A stretch of DNA of 64,000 nucleotides from an uncultured Collinsella sp. (lineage in GTDB: Bacteria > Actinomycetota > Coriobacteriia > Coriobacteriales > Coriobacteriaceae), in the NCBI GenBank assembly GCA_958437495.1, contig CAUBOH010000007.1, positions 12,293-76,292 of the forward strand. The letters run 5' to 3'. Position 1 is the stretch's first letter; every line of letters starts with the position of its first letter. A program made the translations under genes and the position numbers. The notes beneath the pieces were generated by a model. That model saw nothing but the letters and a program-made list of their open reading frames with translations, was not told where the DNA came from and did not search any database. Positions 35,543 to 44,474 of the stretch are shown here, piece by piece.

Positions 35543-36391
35543 CTACACCGCAATGGGGATGTTCTTGACCTGCGGGCCGTGCTCGTAGCCCTCAACGATC
35601 AGGTCATCGGTCGTAAACGCGTAGAAATCATGCACATCGGGGTTAAGCGTTACCTTGGGAGCCGCAAACTGCGGACGCTCGATAAGCTCGCGGACGATAT
35701 CAACATGACGGTCGTAGATATGGGCGTCGGCGATCACGTGCAACAACTCGCCGGGAATCATATCGACAGACTGCGCGACCATCATCAGCAAAATGGCGTA
35801 CTGGCACACGTTCCAGTTGTTCGCGGCCAAAATGTCCTGGCTGCGCTGGTTGAGAATCATATTGAGCGTCGGTTTGTCATCCTGAGGGCGCTGCGTCACG
35901 TTATACGTCACGCTGTAGGCGCACGGATACAGGTGCATCTCGGACAGGTCGCTAAACACATAGGTGTTCGTCATAATGCGGCGGCTGTACGGCGTGTGCT
36001 TAAGGTCGTACAGCACGCGGTCCATCTGGTCAAAGTCGCCCTCGGGATAATGGCTCTTCTGCCCAATCTGATACCCATAGGCCTTGCCGATGGAGCCGGT
36101 CTCGTCGGCCCACTCATCCCAAATATGGCTGTTGAGGTCATGCACGTTATTGGACTTCTTTTGATAGATCCACAGAATCTCGTCCATGGCAGACTTAAGC
36201 GCCGTGCGACGCAGGGTGAGCGCGGGGAACTCCTCACGCAGATCGTAGCGTGCCGTAACGCCAAAGTTTTTAATGGTATAGGCAGGGGTGCCGTCCTCCC
36301 ACACCGGGCGGACCTTTTGGCCCTCGGTGGTGGTGCCATGGTCCAAAATATCGCGGCACATGGCTACAAACTGTTGATCAGCCTTGCTCAT
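35543..36391 (-). CDS. thyA: Thymidylate synthase (ThyA)
   Basis: Start re-set to ATG 36391 (MSKADQQF...) after GGAGGG. ThyA motifs are present (TLRRTALKSAMDEILWIY, LYPCAYSVTYNV, NQRSQD). The 105-aa ORF-track extension is non-coding. Confidence 0.95.
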   Translation of the reverse strand: MSKADQQFVAMCRDILDHGTTTEGQKVRPVWEDGTPAYTIKNFGVTARYDLREEFPALTLRRTALKSAMDEILWIYQKKSNNVHDLNSHIWDEWADETGSIGKAYGYQIGQKSHYPEGDFDQMDRVLYDLKHTPYSRRIMTNTYVFSDLSEMHLYPCAYSVTYNVTQRPQDDKPTLNMILNQRSQDILAANNWNVCQYAILLMMVAQSVDMIPGELLHVIADAHIYDRHVDIVRELIERPQFAAPKVTLNPDVHDFYAFTTDDLIVEGYEHGPQVKNIPIAV

Positions 36392-36476
36392 TGACCCTCC
36401 TGTCAGTCGCCTATAAGCGAGATTCATTGTAGCCCAGGCGCACGCGGCCCCACAGCCCAAACATAAGCCCTCATTT

Positions 36477-36492
36477 TCTGACATATGCCAGA
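36477..36492. promoter_or_regulatory. Operator-like palindrome, site 1
   Basis: TCTGACATATGCCAGA, self-complementary at 14 of 16 positions, just upstream of the predicted -35. Confidence 0.4.
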
Positions 36493-36498
36493 AATTCC

Positions 36499-36526
36499 TT
36501 GCGTAAAATCGTACATTCGTTATTCT
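36499..36526 (+). promoter_or_regulatory. Putative promoter of the DUF134-NifX-like gene
   Basis: TTGCGT - 16 nt - TATTCT. The predicted TSS falls inside palindrome site 2. Confidence 0.35.
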
Positions 36527-36529
36527 ATT

Positions 36530-36545
36530 GTTGACATATGTCAGA
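36530..36545. promoter_or_regulatory. Operator-like palindrome, site 2
   Basis: GTTGACATATGTCAGA with a perfect 12-bp palindromic core TGACATATGTCA (36532-36543). It lies 53 bp from site 1 and 15 nt upstream of ATG 36558. Confidence 0.4.
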
Positions 36546-36557
36546 TTTGGAGAGTGT

Positions 36558-37322
36558 ATGGCAGGAAGACACGAAAAACTACGCCGCGTTGGGATTATCC
36601 CCGAATACCGCGGCTTTACCCCCGATGGTCTTGCCAGCGGCGACGCCATCGACATGACGGTCGACGAGCTCGAGGTCCTGCGCCTATGCGACCTGGAAGG
36701 GCTCAATCAGGAGGAAGTCGCCCAACACATGGGCATTGCCCGCGCCACGGTGGCAGCCATCTGCAGCCGCGCGCATCGCAAGGTGGCAAACGCGCTGGTC
36801 AATGGACGGGCGATCGTCATCGAAGGCGGCAACATCGCGTACTCCCCCATCACCACGACGACGGCCGCATGGCCAGCAAAGGAGGTCGACACCATGAGGG
36901 TGGCAACGACGTACGACAACGGCAATATCTTTATGCACTTTGGCCGCAGCGAGCAGTTCAAGATCTATGACATCCAGGACGGCAAGGTGCTCAACGAGCA
37001 GGTCGTAGGCACCGGCGGCACCGGTCACGGCGCCCTGGCGGGCCTGCTCGCCAACGGTGGCGTCGACACACTCATCTGCGGCGGCATCGGCGGCGGCGCC
37101 ATCAACGCGCTCACCCAGGCCGGCATCACGGTCTATGCGGGCGCCCAGGGCAGCTGCGATGCCTGCGTCGAGGCCCTCATTGCCGGCACGCTCGCGCAGA
37201 CCGGCGAGGCCACCTGCGACTGCCATGGTCACGACCACGAGCACACCCATGAGCATGGTGAATCCTGCGGCTGCCACAGCCACCACGACCACGAAGGCCA
37301 CGAGGGCTGCGGGTGCCACTAA
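36558..37322 (+). CDS. In-frame fusion: DUF134 (UPF0251, HTH) domain + NifX/NifB-type FeMo-cofactor-binding-like domain + His/Cys-rich tail
   Basis: The N-terminal part (RRVGIIPEYRGFTP...MTVDELEVLRLCDLEGLNQEEVAQHMGIARATV...ALVNGRAIVIEGG) looks like DUF134. From residue M113 (ATG 36894), MRVATTYDNGNIFMHFGRSEQFKIYD...GHGALAGLLANGGVDTLICGGIGGGAINALTQAGITVY looks NifX-like. The tail is CDCHGHDHEHTHEHGESCGCHSHHDHEGHEGCGCH. Confidence 0.75.
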   Translation: MAGRHEKLRRVGIIPEYRGFTPDGLASGDAIDMTVDELEVLRLCDLEGLNQEEVAQHMGIARATVAAICSRAHRKVANALVNGRAIVIEGGNIAYSPITTTTAAWPAKEVDTMRVATTYDNGNIFMHFGRSEQFKIYDIQDGKVLNEQVVGTGGTGHGALAGLLANGGVDTLICGGIGGGAINALTQAGITVYAGAQGSCDACVEALIAGTLAQTGEATCDCHGHDHEHTHEHGESCGCHSHHDHEGHEGCGCH

Positions 37323-37381
37323 CTGGCAAGCGCCTCGGTGCCGACACGCGCCACACACACAACAAACCATGCAACAACGAC

Positions 37382-37415
37382 GAAGGCCGCCTGGAATACC
37401 ATCCAGGCGGCCTTC
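37382..37415. terminator. Bidirectional terminator between convergent DUF134-NifX and ffh genes
   Basis: Perfect 14-bp stem GAAGGCCGCCTGGA/TCCAGGCGGCCTTC with a 6-nt loop. Confidence 0.7.
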
Positions 37416-37438
37416 GCCATACACGACTCAACTAGTCG

Positions 37439-38914
37439 TTACTTCTTATTGCGCATCTGCGCTTCCATCTGGCGCAGCAGGTCCATATCGGACTTGGGGC
37501 CGCCCGTTCCCAGGCCGCCCATGCCGCCCAGGCCCATGGCATCCAGACCGGGAATATTGGGCATGCGCATCTTTTTGCCCTTCTTGCCCTTTTTGCCCTT
37601 CTTGCCGCCGGCCTGCGCCTGATTGGCCATCGTGCGCATACGGCCCATCATCTTATTCATCTCGCCCCACTGCTTCATAAGGCTGTTGACCTCGGTGGGG
37701 GTCACGCCGGCGCCCTTGGCGATGCGGGCGCGACGCTGGCCGTTGATGATGGAGGGGCGCAGGCGCTCCTCCTTGGTCATCGACATGATGATGGCCTCGT
37801 TCTTATCGAAGATGCCCTCGTCCAGATTGCCGCCCATCTGGTTGAGCGCACGCTGGCCGCCGGGGAGCATACCCAGGATGCCCTTCATGCCGCCCATCTT
37901 CTTGACAGCCTTCATCTGCTCGAGCATGTCGTTCATGGTGAAGCCCTCGCGCAGCATGCGCTCGGCAGCCTCGAGCTGCTTAGCGTCAGCCGCCTCCTGG
38001 GCCTTCTCGATGATGCCGACAACGTCGCCCATGCCCAAGATGCGTTTGGCCATGCGGTCCGGGTAAAACGGCTCCAGCGAATCGGGCTTCTCGCCCATGC
38101 TCACGAACTTGATGGGCTTGCCGGTCACCTGGCGCACCGAAAGCGCGCCGCCGCCACGGGCGTCACCGTCAAGCTTGGAGATGATTACGCCGTCAAAGTC
38201 GGTGCGCTCGGCAAACGTCGAGACGACGTTGACGATATCCTGGCCGGTCATGGCATCGACGACCATCAGCACCTGATCGGGCTTGACGGCCTTCTTGATG
38301 TCCACGGCCTCCTGCATCATCTGCTCGTCGATCTGCAGACGACCGGCGGTATCGACGATGACCACATCGCGCAGGTGGTCGACGGCCTCCTGGATGGCGC
38401 CCTTAGCGATATCGACCGGGTGCGCGCCGTCACCGCGGAAGACCGGCACGCCGATCTCGCCGCCGAGCGTGGCCAGCTGGTCGGCAGCGGCGGGGCGGTA
38501 GACGTCGCACGCGGCGAGCAGCGGCGAGCGACCCTGCTTCTTGAGCAGGTAAGCCAGCTTTACGGCCGCCGTGGTCTTACCAGAGCCCTGCAGGCCAACG
38601 AGCATGATGACGTTGGGGATGCGGTTACTAAAGACGAGCTTGCTCTCGGTAGAGCCGAGCATCTCGGTGAGCTCGTCGAGCACGATCTTGACGACGTTTT
38701 GCGCCGGGGACAGGGACTCCATGACCTCGGCGGTCATGCAGCGCTCCTTAGTCTTAGCGACAAACTCCTTAACGACCTTGAAGTTGACGTCGGCCTCGAG
38801 CAGCGCCATGCGGATGTCGCGCATGGACGAGGTGATATCGGCCTCGGTCAGCTTACCCTTGCCGCGCAGGCGGTCAAATGTGTCGTTGAGGCGATCGCTC
38901 AGAGAATCAAACAC
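37439..38914 (-). CDS. ffh: Signal recognition particle protein Ffh
   Basis: NG domain (GLQGSGKTT, DTAGR) plus a Met-rich M domain. GTG start 6 nt after AAGGAG. C-terminal GGKKGKKGKKGKK tract. Confidence 0.95.
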   Translation of the reverse strand: MFDSLSDRLNDTFDRLRGKGKLTEADITSSMRDIRMALLEADVNFKVVKEFVAKTKERCMTAEVMESLSPAQNVVKIVLDELTEMLGSTESKLVFSNRIPNVIMLVGLQGSGKTTAAVKLAYLLKKQGRSPLLAACDVYRPAAADQLATLGGEIGVPVFRGDGAHPVDIAKGAIQEAVDHLRDVVIVDTAGRLQIDEQMMQEAVDIKKAVKPDQVLMVVDAMTGQDIVNVVSTFAERTDFDGVIISKLDGDARGGGALSVRQVTGKPIKFVSMGEKPDSLEPFYPDRMAKRILGMGDVVGIIEKAQEAADAKQLEAAERMLREGFTMNDMLEQMKAVKKMGGMKGILGMLPGGQRALNQMGGNLDEGIFDKNEAIIMSMTKEERLRPSIINGQRRARIAKGAGVTPTEVNSLMKQWGEMNKMMGRMRTMANQAQAGGKKGKKGKKGKKMRMPNIPGLDAMGLGGMGGLGTGGPKSDMDLLRQMEAQMRNKK

Positions 38915-38924
38915 TAGTCACTCC

Positions 38925-39842
38925 TTAGTTGGACTCGCCCACCAGGGCGCGGCAGAAATCTTTGGCATTAAACTCCTGCAGGTCATCGACCTGCTCGCCC
39001 ACGCCGATGCGCAGGATGGGAAGCTTAAGCTTCTCGGCCACGGCCATGGCGATACCGCCCTTTGCCGTGCCGTCGAGCTTTGTCATGATAATACCGTCCA
39101 GGCCCAGCGCCTCGTTAAACTCGAGCGCCTGGTTAAGGCCGTTTTGGCCGGTGGCGGCATCGATCACGAGCACGACATAGACGGGCATGGGACCGGCGGC
39201 CATATTGGCGGCGCGCTTACGCGTCACGTTGACCACCTTGGCAAGCTCGCGCATGAGCTCCGGGCTCGTGTGCAGACGGCCGGCGGTATCGATAAGCACC
39301 AGGTCGCTGCCGCGCTTGTCGGCCTCATCGAGCACGTCATAGCACACGCTTGCCGGGTCGGAGCCGCGGTCGCGCTTGATGACGGGAACGCCGGCGCGCT
39401 GGCCCCACACATCGAGCTGCTCAATGGCGGCAGCGCGGAAGGTATCGGCAGAACCGATCACGACGTTCTTGCCGCGGGCGGCCATGGCACTCGCGATCTT
39501 GCCGACCGTCGTGGTCTTGCCGGCGCCGTTGATGCCCACAAACAGCACGCAGCTCGGCGTATCGGCGAACGGATCGCGCTCGATGGGCACAAAGTGCTGT
39601 TCGAGCTGCTCGGCTAGGGCACGACGGAGCTGCGGGGCGGTCTTGAGGTTCTTCTTAGCCGCGGCATCGCGCAGGTCATCGGACACCTTGATCGCGACCT
39701 CGGCACCCATGTCACCCATGACGAGAGTGTCCTCTAGGTCCTCCCAAAAATCCTCGTCGACCTCACCGCCAAAGTAAAAGACCTCGTTGAGGGCCTCGCG
39801 GCTGCGCTCAAGCCCGCGCGAGAGAGCGTCAAAGAATCCCAT
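38925..39842 (-). CDS. ftsY: SRP receptor FtsY (NG domain only)
   Basis: 305 aa with GINGAGKTTT, DTAGRL and TKLDGTAKGG motifs. 1-nt overlap with the smc stop. Confidence 0.9.
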   Translation of the reverse strand: MGFFDALSRGLERSREALNEVFYFGGEVDEDFWEDLEDTLVMGDMGAEVAIKVSDDLRDAAAKKNLKTAPQLRRALAEQLEQHFVPIERDPFADTPSCVLFVGINGAGKTTTVGKIASAMAARGKNVVIGSADTFRAAAIEQLDVWGQRAGVPVIKRDRGSDPASVCYDVLDEADKRGSDLVLIDTAGRLHTSPELMRELAKVVNVTRKRAANMAAGPMPVYVVLVIDAATGQNGLNQALEFNEALGLDGIIMTKLDGTAKGGIAMAVAEKLKLPILRIGVGEQVDDLQEFNAKDFCRALVGESN

Positions 39843-42800
39843 TATGCATTCACGACCTTTCCGGTTTCGCGATCGAGTTTTTGCGAGACGACGCGACTGA
39901 CGCCGTCGGCTTGCATCGAGACGCCGTAGAGAACGTCAGCGTCCTCCATAGTACGGCGCTGATGTGAGATAACCAAGAGCTGCGTATCGGAACGCAAAAC
40001 GTCGAGCGCGCCGATGAGCTTGGACAGGTTGGCGTCGTCGAGTGCCGCCTCGACCTCGTCCAGCACATAGAACGGCACCGTTCGCGTGCGATACACGGCA
40101 AAGAGCAGGGCGAGCGCCGTCAGGCTCTTCTCGCCGCCCGACATGAGCATCATCTTGGTGATGCGTTTGCCGCGCGGCTGCGCCACGACCTCGATTCCCG
40201 TCTCGGCCGGATGCTCTGGGTCGGTCATCTCCAGATGAGCCTGGCCTCCCGGGAAGAGCATGGCGAAGATCTCGCGGAAGTTCGCATCGACCTTCTCGAA
40301 GGTCACCAGGTAGGCCTTACGCATCTTGCGGTCGATAGCCACGGTGATCTTGGTGAGCGCCTTGCGCGCGCTCTCCAGATCGGCCAGCTGTTCCTCGATG
40401 TAATCGGCGCGGCGCTTGAGCTGCTCGTACTCTTCCATGGCAACCTGGTTCACAGGACCCAAGTTGTTGATTTGACGAACAAGCTGGTTGAGCTCACGCT
40501 CGGCAGCGTCGCGGTCGGTGGGCGCGGGAAGCATGAGCGCTTCCTCGAGTACCGTGGTGCCGTCGGCGGTGATGGCCTTGATGGCCGCCTCCACTTGCAC
40601 CTCGAGCTTGCCGCGTGCGACCTTGAACTCGTTTTGCGTCGCGGCGGCGGTATCGACCTTATCTTTGGCGCGAGCGACTTCGGCCTTGGCGTCCTCGATG
40701 GTCTTCTTGAGCGAGGCGGAGTCCGCCTCCTCAAGCGTTGCCTGGTCACGAAGGCGCGCGGCCCAGTCCGAGGCGCGCTCCAGCAGGGCCGAGTAGCGCT
40801 CGTGCATGGGATCGACGCGCAGTCGCAGCAGCTCAAGCGAGCGCGAAGCCTGGCGCGTTCCGCGGATACGGCGGTCGATACCCTCCAGACGATGCTCCAG
40901 ATCGGGAACGCGGCCCTTCAGCGAACGCAGGCGCTCGCTCGTCTGGGCCAGACGCACCTTGGCATCGGCGAGCTTACCGGCGGCCTCGGAGTCATCGCGG
41001 CGCACACGGTCGAGCTCGTCATTGGCCTCGGCAATCTGGAGACCTAGGTCACTCGCCTGCGCACGAGCTTCATCACGCGAGCGAGTAAGTTCATCCACGC
41101 GTGGACGAGCGGCACGGACGGCCTCGGCGGCCTGCTCACGGCGCTTGGAAATGCGCACGCGCTCGACCTCGGCGTTGTTGGCGCTTTGCTCAAGGCGACC
41201 GATCTCGGACAGCAGCGAGCGACGCTCACCCTCAAGGCGAGCGATCTCGCCAGCGGCATCGCCCTCGGCAGCACGGGCCTCCTCGACGGCGGCGTTGGCC
41301 TCAACGACTTGGTCTGAAACATGCTCAAAGATAGCAGCCAGATCGGGCTCCAGGCCCTCGAGCTCACGAATGCTGCGCTTGCGCTCCAAGGCACCCGAAG
41401 CCTCGCCGGCATCGAGCCCCACGCGCACCAGACCACCACAGCACACGCGGGCGCCATCGGGAGTTACGTAGGTCACACCGTCAATGACAGGCGCAGCCAG
41501 CGCGGCGGCCAAGTCATCGACCACGTAATAGCCGCCGAGCAGCGCCTCGACAATCGGACCATAACCGGCGCGCACAGACAGACGATCGACCAGACGAGAG
41601 CCGGCAGCGCCCTCGGCAGCAGCACCGCCGCTCACGCCGCGCGCCACCAGCAGTGCCTCGCCCGAGGCCTTCTTCTGGTCCAGGGCGGCACGCCCGGCGC
41701 GCTCAAGAGCATCAACGTCATCAAACAACAGGGCATCGATATCGCCGGCAAGAAGCTGCTCCACCAGGCCCTCGAGTTCGCGCGGGGCCTCGAGCACATC
41801 GCCCAGGCGACCCGTTACGTCATCGCCCAACGCCCCCACCAGTCGGCTCACGAGCGGCGAGCTGTCGGCCATGCGGGCATCGAGTTTCTTTTGGCTGGCA
41901 AGCTCCGAGCGCACCTCGGACAGCTTGTTGCGCGCCTCGCTCTCGCGGGCACGTAGGTCCTTGAGCGCAGCACGGGCGACCTCGGTGGCCTCGCGCGCGT
42001 CGACCTGGGCTTGGCGAGCCTCATCAAGCGTGCCATCGAGTTCCTCAGCGCGGTCGCGGCGGCTCTCGAGCGAGGCCGTGACCTCCTCGAGCTGCTCGTC
42101 AATCTGCTCCAGGCGCGAGGCGTACATGTTGTCCTCGACCTCGGCGTTGCTCAGCGAGTCCTTCACCTTGGCGAGCTCGAGCGCGGCGTTATCGGCCACA
42201 CGCTGCACATCGCGCTGCTCACGTGTGAGCTGTGAAATCTGATTGTCGAGTGCCACACGACGCTCATGGAGCTGGGCGGCGGCAGGTCCGGCGGCGTCAA
42301 CGTCCTCCTGAGCCTGCATGTGCGCACCGGTCACTTCCTCGAGCTGGGCGCGCGCATCCTCGAGTTCCTCGACCACGCGACGGCGCTGATGCTCGGAACC
42401 CGAGATCTGCCCGCGCATGTCGGACAGGCGCGACACCATGTTGTGGCCCTTTTCCTCGAGCAGGCGCATGTCGGAGTTAATGCGACCGACCACGTCTTGC
42501 ATATGGCGGCGCTGCTCGCCCAGGTCGCCCACAAACAGGCCTTTTTCCTCGAGCATAACCTGGAGCTTCTCGAGCTCGCGCTCTTTCTCGCCCAAGCGGT
42601 ATTGCGCAAGCTCAAGCTCGGCCGCTCCCTCTTTGGAGCGGCTCTCCAGGTCGTTCCACTGCGACTGCAAGGAACGCAGCTCGTCAACGGCCAGCATCTG
42701 CGTAAGCTCGTTTGCGCGCGAGGACAGCTCTTTGTACTTGCGCGCGCGATCTACCTGACGCTCCAGCGGGCGCAGCTGACGGGCGATTTCCTTATTGATG

Positions 42801-43378
42801 TCGCGGGCACGGGTCAGGTGCTCATCCATCGACTTGATCTTTTTAAGCGCACGTTCCTTGCGACGCTTGTGCTTGGAGATACCGGCGGCCTCCTCGATGA
42901 GGGCGCGGCGCTCCTCGGGGCGGCTCTGCAAAATGGCGTCGAGTTTGCCCTGACTGATGATGGAATGCGTATCCTTGCCCAAGCCCGAATCGTGCAGGAT
43001 GTCCTGAATGTCCATCAGGCGGCACGGACTCGAGTTGATGAGGTACTCGCTCTCGCCCGAGCGATACATGCGACGGGTGATGGCGACTTCATCAAAGTCA
43101 ACGGGCAGCATATGGTCCGAGTTATCGAGCACCAGCGTTACCTCGGCCACACCCACCGGCTTGCGCGCCGACGAGCCCGAGAAGATGACATCCTCCATGG
43201 CCTGACCGCGCAGCTGCTTGGCGCTCTGCTCGCCCAGGACCCACAGAATCGAGTCGGAGATGTTCGATTTTCCCGAGCCGTTGGGACCGACGATGACGGT
43301 CAGGCCCGGCTCAAATGACATATGGGCTCGGTCGGCAAACGACTTGAACCCTTTGAGCGTGAGGGACTTGAGATACAC
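39842..43378 (-). CDS. smc: Chromosome segregation protein SMC
   Basis: 1178 aa: N-terminal Walker A (GPNGSGKSN), long coiled coils, hinge, and C-terminal signature LSGGEKSLTALALLFA. GTG start. Confidence 0.95.
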   Translation of the reverse strand: MYLKSLTLKGFKSFADRAHMSFEPGLTVIVGPNGSGKSNISDSILWVLGEQSAKQLRGQAMEDVIFSGSSARKPVGVAEVTLVLDNSDHMLPVDFDEVAITRRMYRSGESEYLINSSPCRLMDIQDILHDSGLGKDTHSIISQGKLDAILQSRPEERRALIEEAAGISKHKRRKERALKKIKSMDEHLTRARDINKEIARQLRPLERQVDRARKYKELSSRANELTQMLAVDELRSLQSQWNDLESRSKEGAAELELAQYRLGEKERELEKLQVMLEEKGLFVGDLGEQRRHMQDVVGRINSDMRLLEEKGHNMVSRLSDMRGQISGSEHQRRRVVEELEDARAQLEEVTGAHMQAQEDVDAAGPAAAQLHERRVALDNQISQLTREQRDVQRVADNAALELAKVKDSLSNAEVEDNMYASRLEQIDEQLEEVTASLESRRDRAEELDGTLDEARQAQVDAREATEVARAALKDLRARESEARNKLSEVRSELASQKKLDARMADSSPLVSRLVGALGDDVTGRLGDVLEAPRELEGLVEQLLAGDIDALLFDDVDALERAGRAALDQKKASGEALLVARGVSGGAAAEGAAGSRLVDRLSVRAGYGPIVEALLGGYYVVDDLAAALAAPVIDGVTYVTPDGARVCCGGLVRVGLDAGEASGALERKRSIRELEGLEPDLAAIFEHVSDQVVEANAAVEEARAAEGDAAGEIARLEGERRSLLSEIGRLEQSANNAEVERVRISKRREQAAEAVRAARPRVDELTRSRDEARAQASDLGLQIAEANDELDRVRRDDSEAAGKLADAKVRLAQTSERLRSLKGRVPDLEHRLEGIDRRIRGTRQASRSLELLRLRVDPMHERYSALLERASDWAARLRDQATLEEADSASLKKTIEDAKAEVARAKDKVDTAAATQNEFKVARGKLEVQVEAAIKAITADGTTVLEEALMLPAPTDRDAAERELNQLVRQINNLGPVNQVAMEEYEQLKRRADYIEEQLADLESARKALTKITVAIDRKMRKAYLVTFEKVDANFREIFAMLFPGGQAHLEMTDPEHPAETGIEVVAQPRGKRITKMMLMSGGEKSLTALALLFAVYRTRTVPFYVLDEVEAALDDANLSKLIGALDVLRSDTQLLVISHQRRTMEDADVLYGVSMQADGVSRVVSQKLDRETGKVVNA

Positions 43379-43388
43379 GGTTCCTCGC

Positions 43389-44114
43389 TTAAACAGGCTT
43401 CTTGTTGAGAATCACGCCGTTAGTGGTGTAACCCATACGGTCGAGCGCCTCGAGCGCGGCAGCTCCCTCGGCCTCCTTCTTGGAGGAACCAGTGCCGCGG
43501 CCTTGACGAATACCGTCGATGAGCACCACAGCGGTAAAGGTGGGCGCATGCGCGGGGCCCTCGGAGCCAACCAGCTTATATGCCGGAGGCTCGTGGCCGT
43601 CGGCCTGCACGCACTCCTGCAAAAACGACTTAGGATTCGCAGGGTGTTCGGCACGCTCGGAAGCCAAGTGCGGCTTAAGCGTGCGGTGAATAAACTCCGC
43701 CGCGGCATCCCAACCAGCATCCAGGTACAGCGCGCCCACGAGCGACTCATAGACGTTCTCGAGCGCCGAATGCAGGCCGCGTGCGCCCGTACCGGTCTCA
43801 GAGGCACCAAAGATGATGATGTCGTCGATACCCAGCTCGTGGGACACTTCCGACAACGTGGCGCCCGAGACGAGCGACACCTTCAAGCGGGTGAGCTTGC
43901 CCTCGTCAAACTCGGGATAGGACTCAAAGAGCGAACGGGCGACGACAGCGCCCAAAATGGAATCGCCCAAAAACTCCAAGCGCTCGTAGCTTGCCGAGAC
44001 AGGCTGGCCTTCGACGGCCGAAGGATGCGTGAGGGCTGCGCGCAGCAGCACCTTGTCATTGAACTCGTGACCCAGAATCTCCTGGGCGCGCGTAAGTCGT
44101 TCGGATAAAGCCAA
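43389..44114 (-). CDS. rnc: Ribonuclease III
   Basis: ERLEFLGDSILG signature plus a dsRBD. TTG start 8 nt after AAGGAGG. Confidence 0.9.
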   Translation of the reverse strand: MALSERLTRAQEILGHEFNDKVLLRAALTHPSAVEGQPVSASYERLEFLGDSILGAVVARSLFESYPEFDEGKLTRLKVSLVSGATLSEVSHELGIDDIIIFGASETGTGARGLHSALENVYESLVGALYLDAGWDAAAEFIHRTLKPHLASERAEHPANPKSFLQECVQADGHEPPAYKLVGSEGPAHAPTFTAVVLIDGIRQGRGTGSSKKEAEGAAALEALDRMGYTTNGVILNKKPV

Positions 44115-44117
44115 GAC

Positions 44118-44360
44118 TTAGGCCTCCTTGGCAGCTTCGATAGCGTCGACGGCGTCGGCGACAGAGTTGAGCGAGAGCAGGGTCTCATCATCGATCTCGA
44201 GGTCGAACTCGTCCTCGATAGCCGTAACCAGCTGCAGGCGCTCGAGCGAGTTGGCATCGAGGTCGTCAAAGGTGGTCTCATCGCTAATTTCGGCAACATC
44301 GACGCCCAGAACGTCAGCAGTGACCTCGACGATCTTGTCGAAGATTTCGGAGCGGTCCAT
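44118..44360 (-). CDS. acpP: Acyl carrier protein
   Basis: 80 aa from ATG 44360 (MDRSEIFDKIVEVTADVLGVD...DDLDANSLERLQLVTAIEDEF), with Ser in the DxNSL attachment context. The ORF-track 30-aa extension was rejected. Confidence 0.85.
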   Translation of the reverse strand: MDRSEIFDKIVEVTADVLGVDVAEISDETTFDDLDANSLERLQLVTAIEDEFDLEIDDETLLSLNSVADAVDAIEAAKEA

Positions 44361-44387
44361 AGCGCTTCCTCTCATAGTGCATGAATA

Positions 44388-44417
44388 CCAAAAGAATGGT
44401 ACCGCCCGGGCGGTACC
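44388..44417 (-). terminator. Hairpin/terminator between plsX and acpP
   Basis: 20-nt perfect palindrome GGTACCGCCCGGGCGGTACC, followed on the minus strand by ATTCTTTTGG. Confidence 0.5.
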
Positions 44418-44474
44418 AAGACACGGTTCTGATTCTACCCCACGACGCACGCCCCGAGGCGCATAACGCCGCTG

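Noticed and set aside
36684-37424. 246-aa minus-strand ORF and the 37057-37680 plus-strand ORF
   Set aside because: These are antisense or off-frame readings of the DUF134-NifX gene and the ffh 3' end. They run through the 14-bp bidirectional terminator at 37382-37415.
37560-37610. Short tandem repeats that might be mistaken for a CRISPR or VNTR locus
   Set aside because: These are only four 9-bp units inside the ffh coding frame, encoding GKK repeats, with no spacers. No CRISPR-like repeat-spacer array occurs anywhere in the window.
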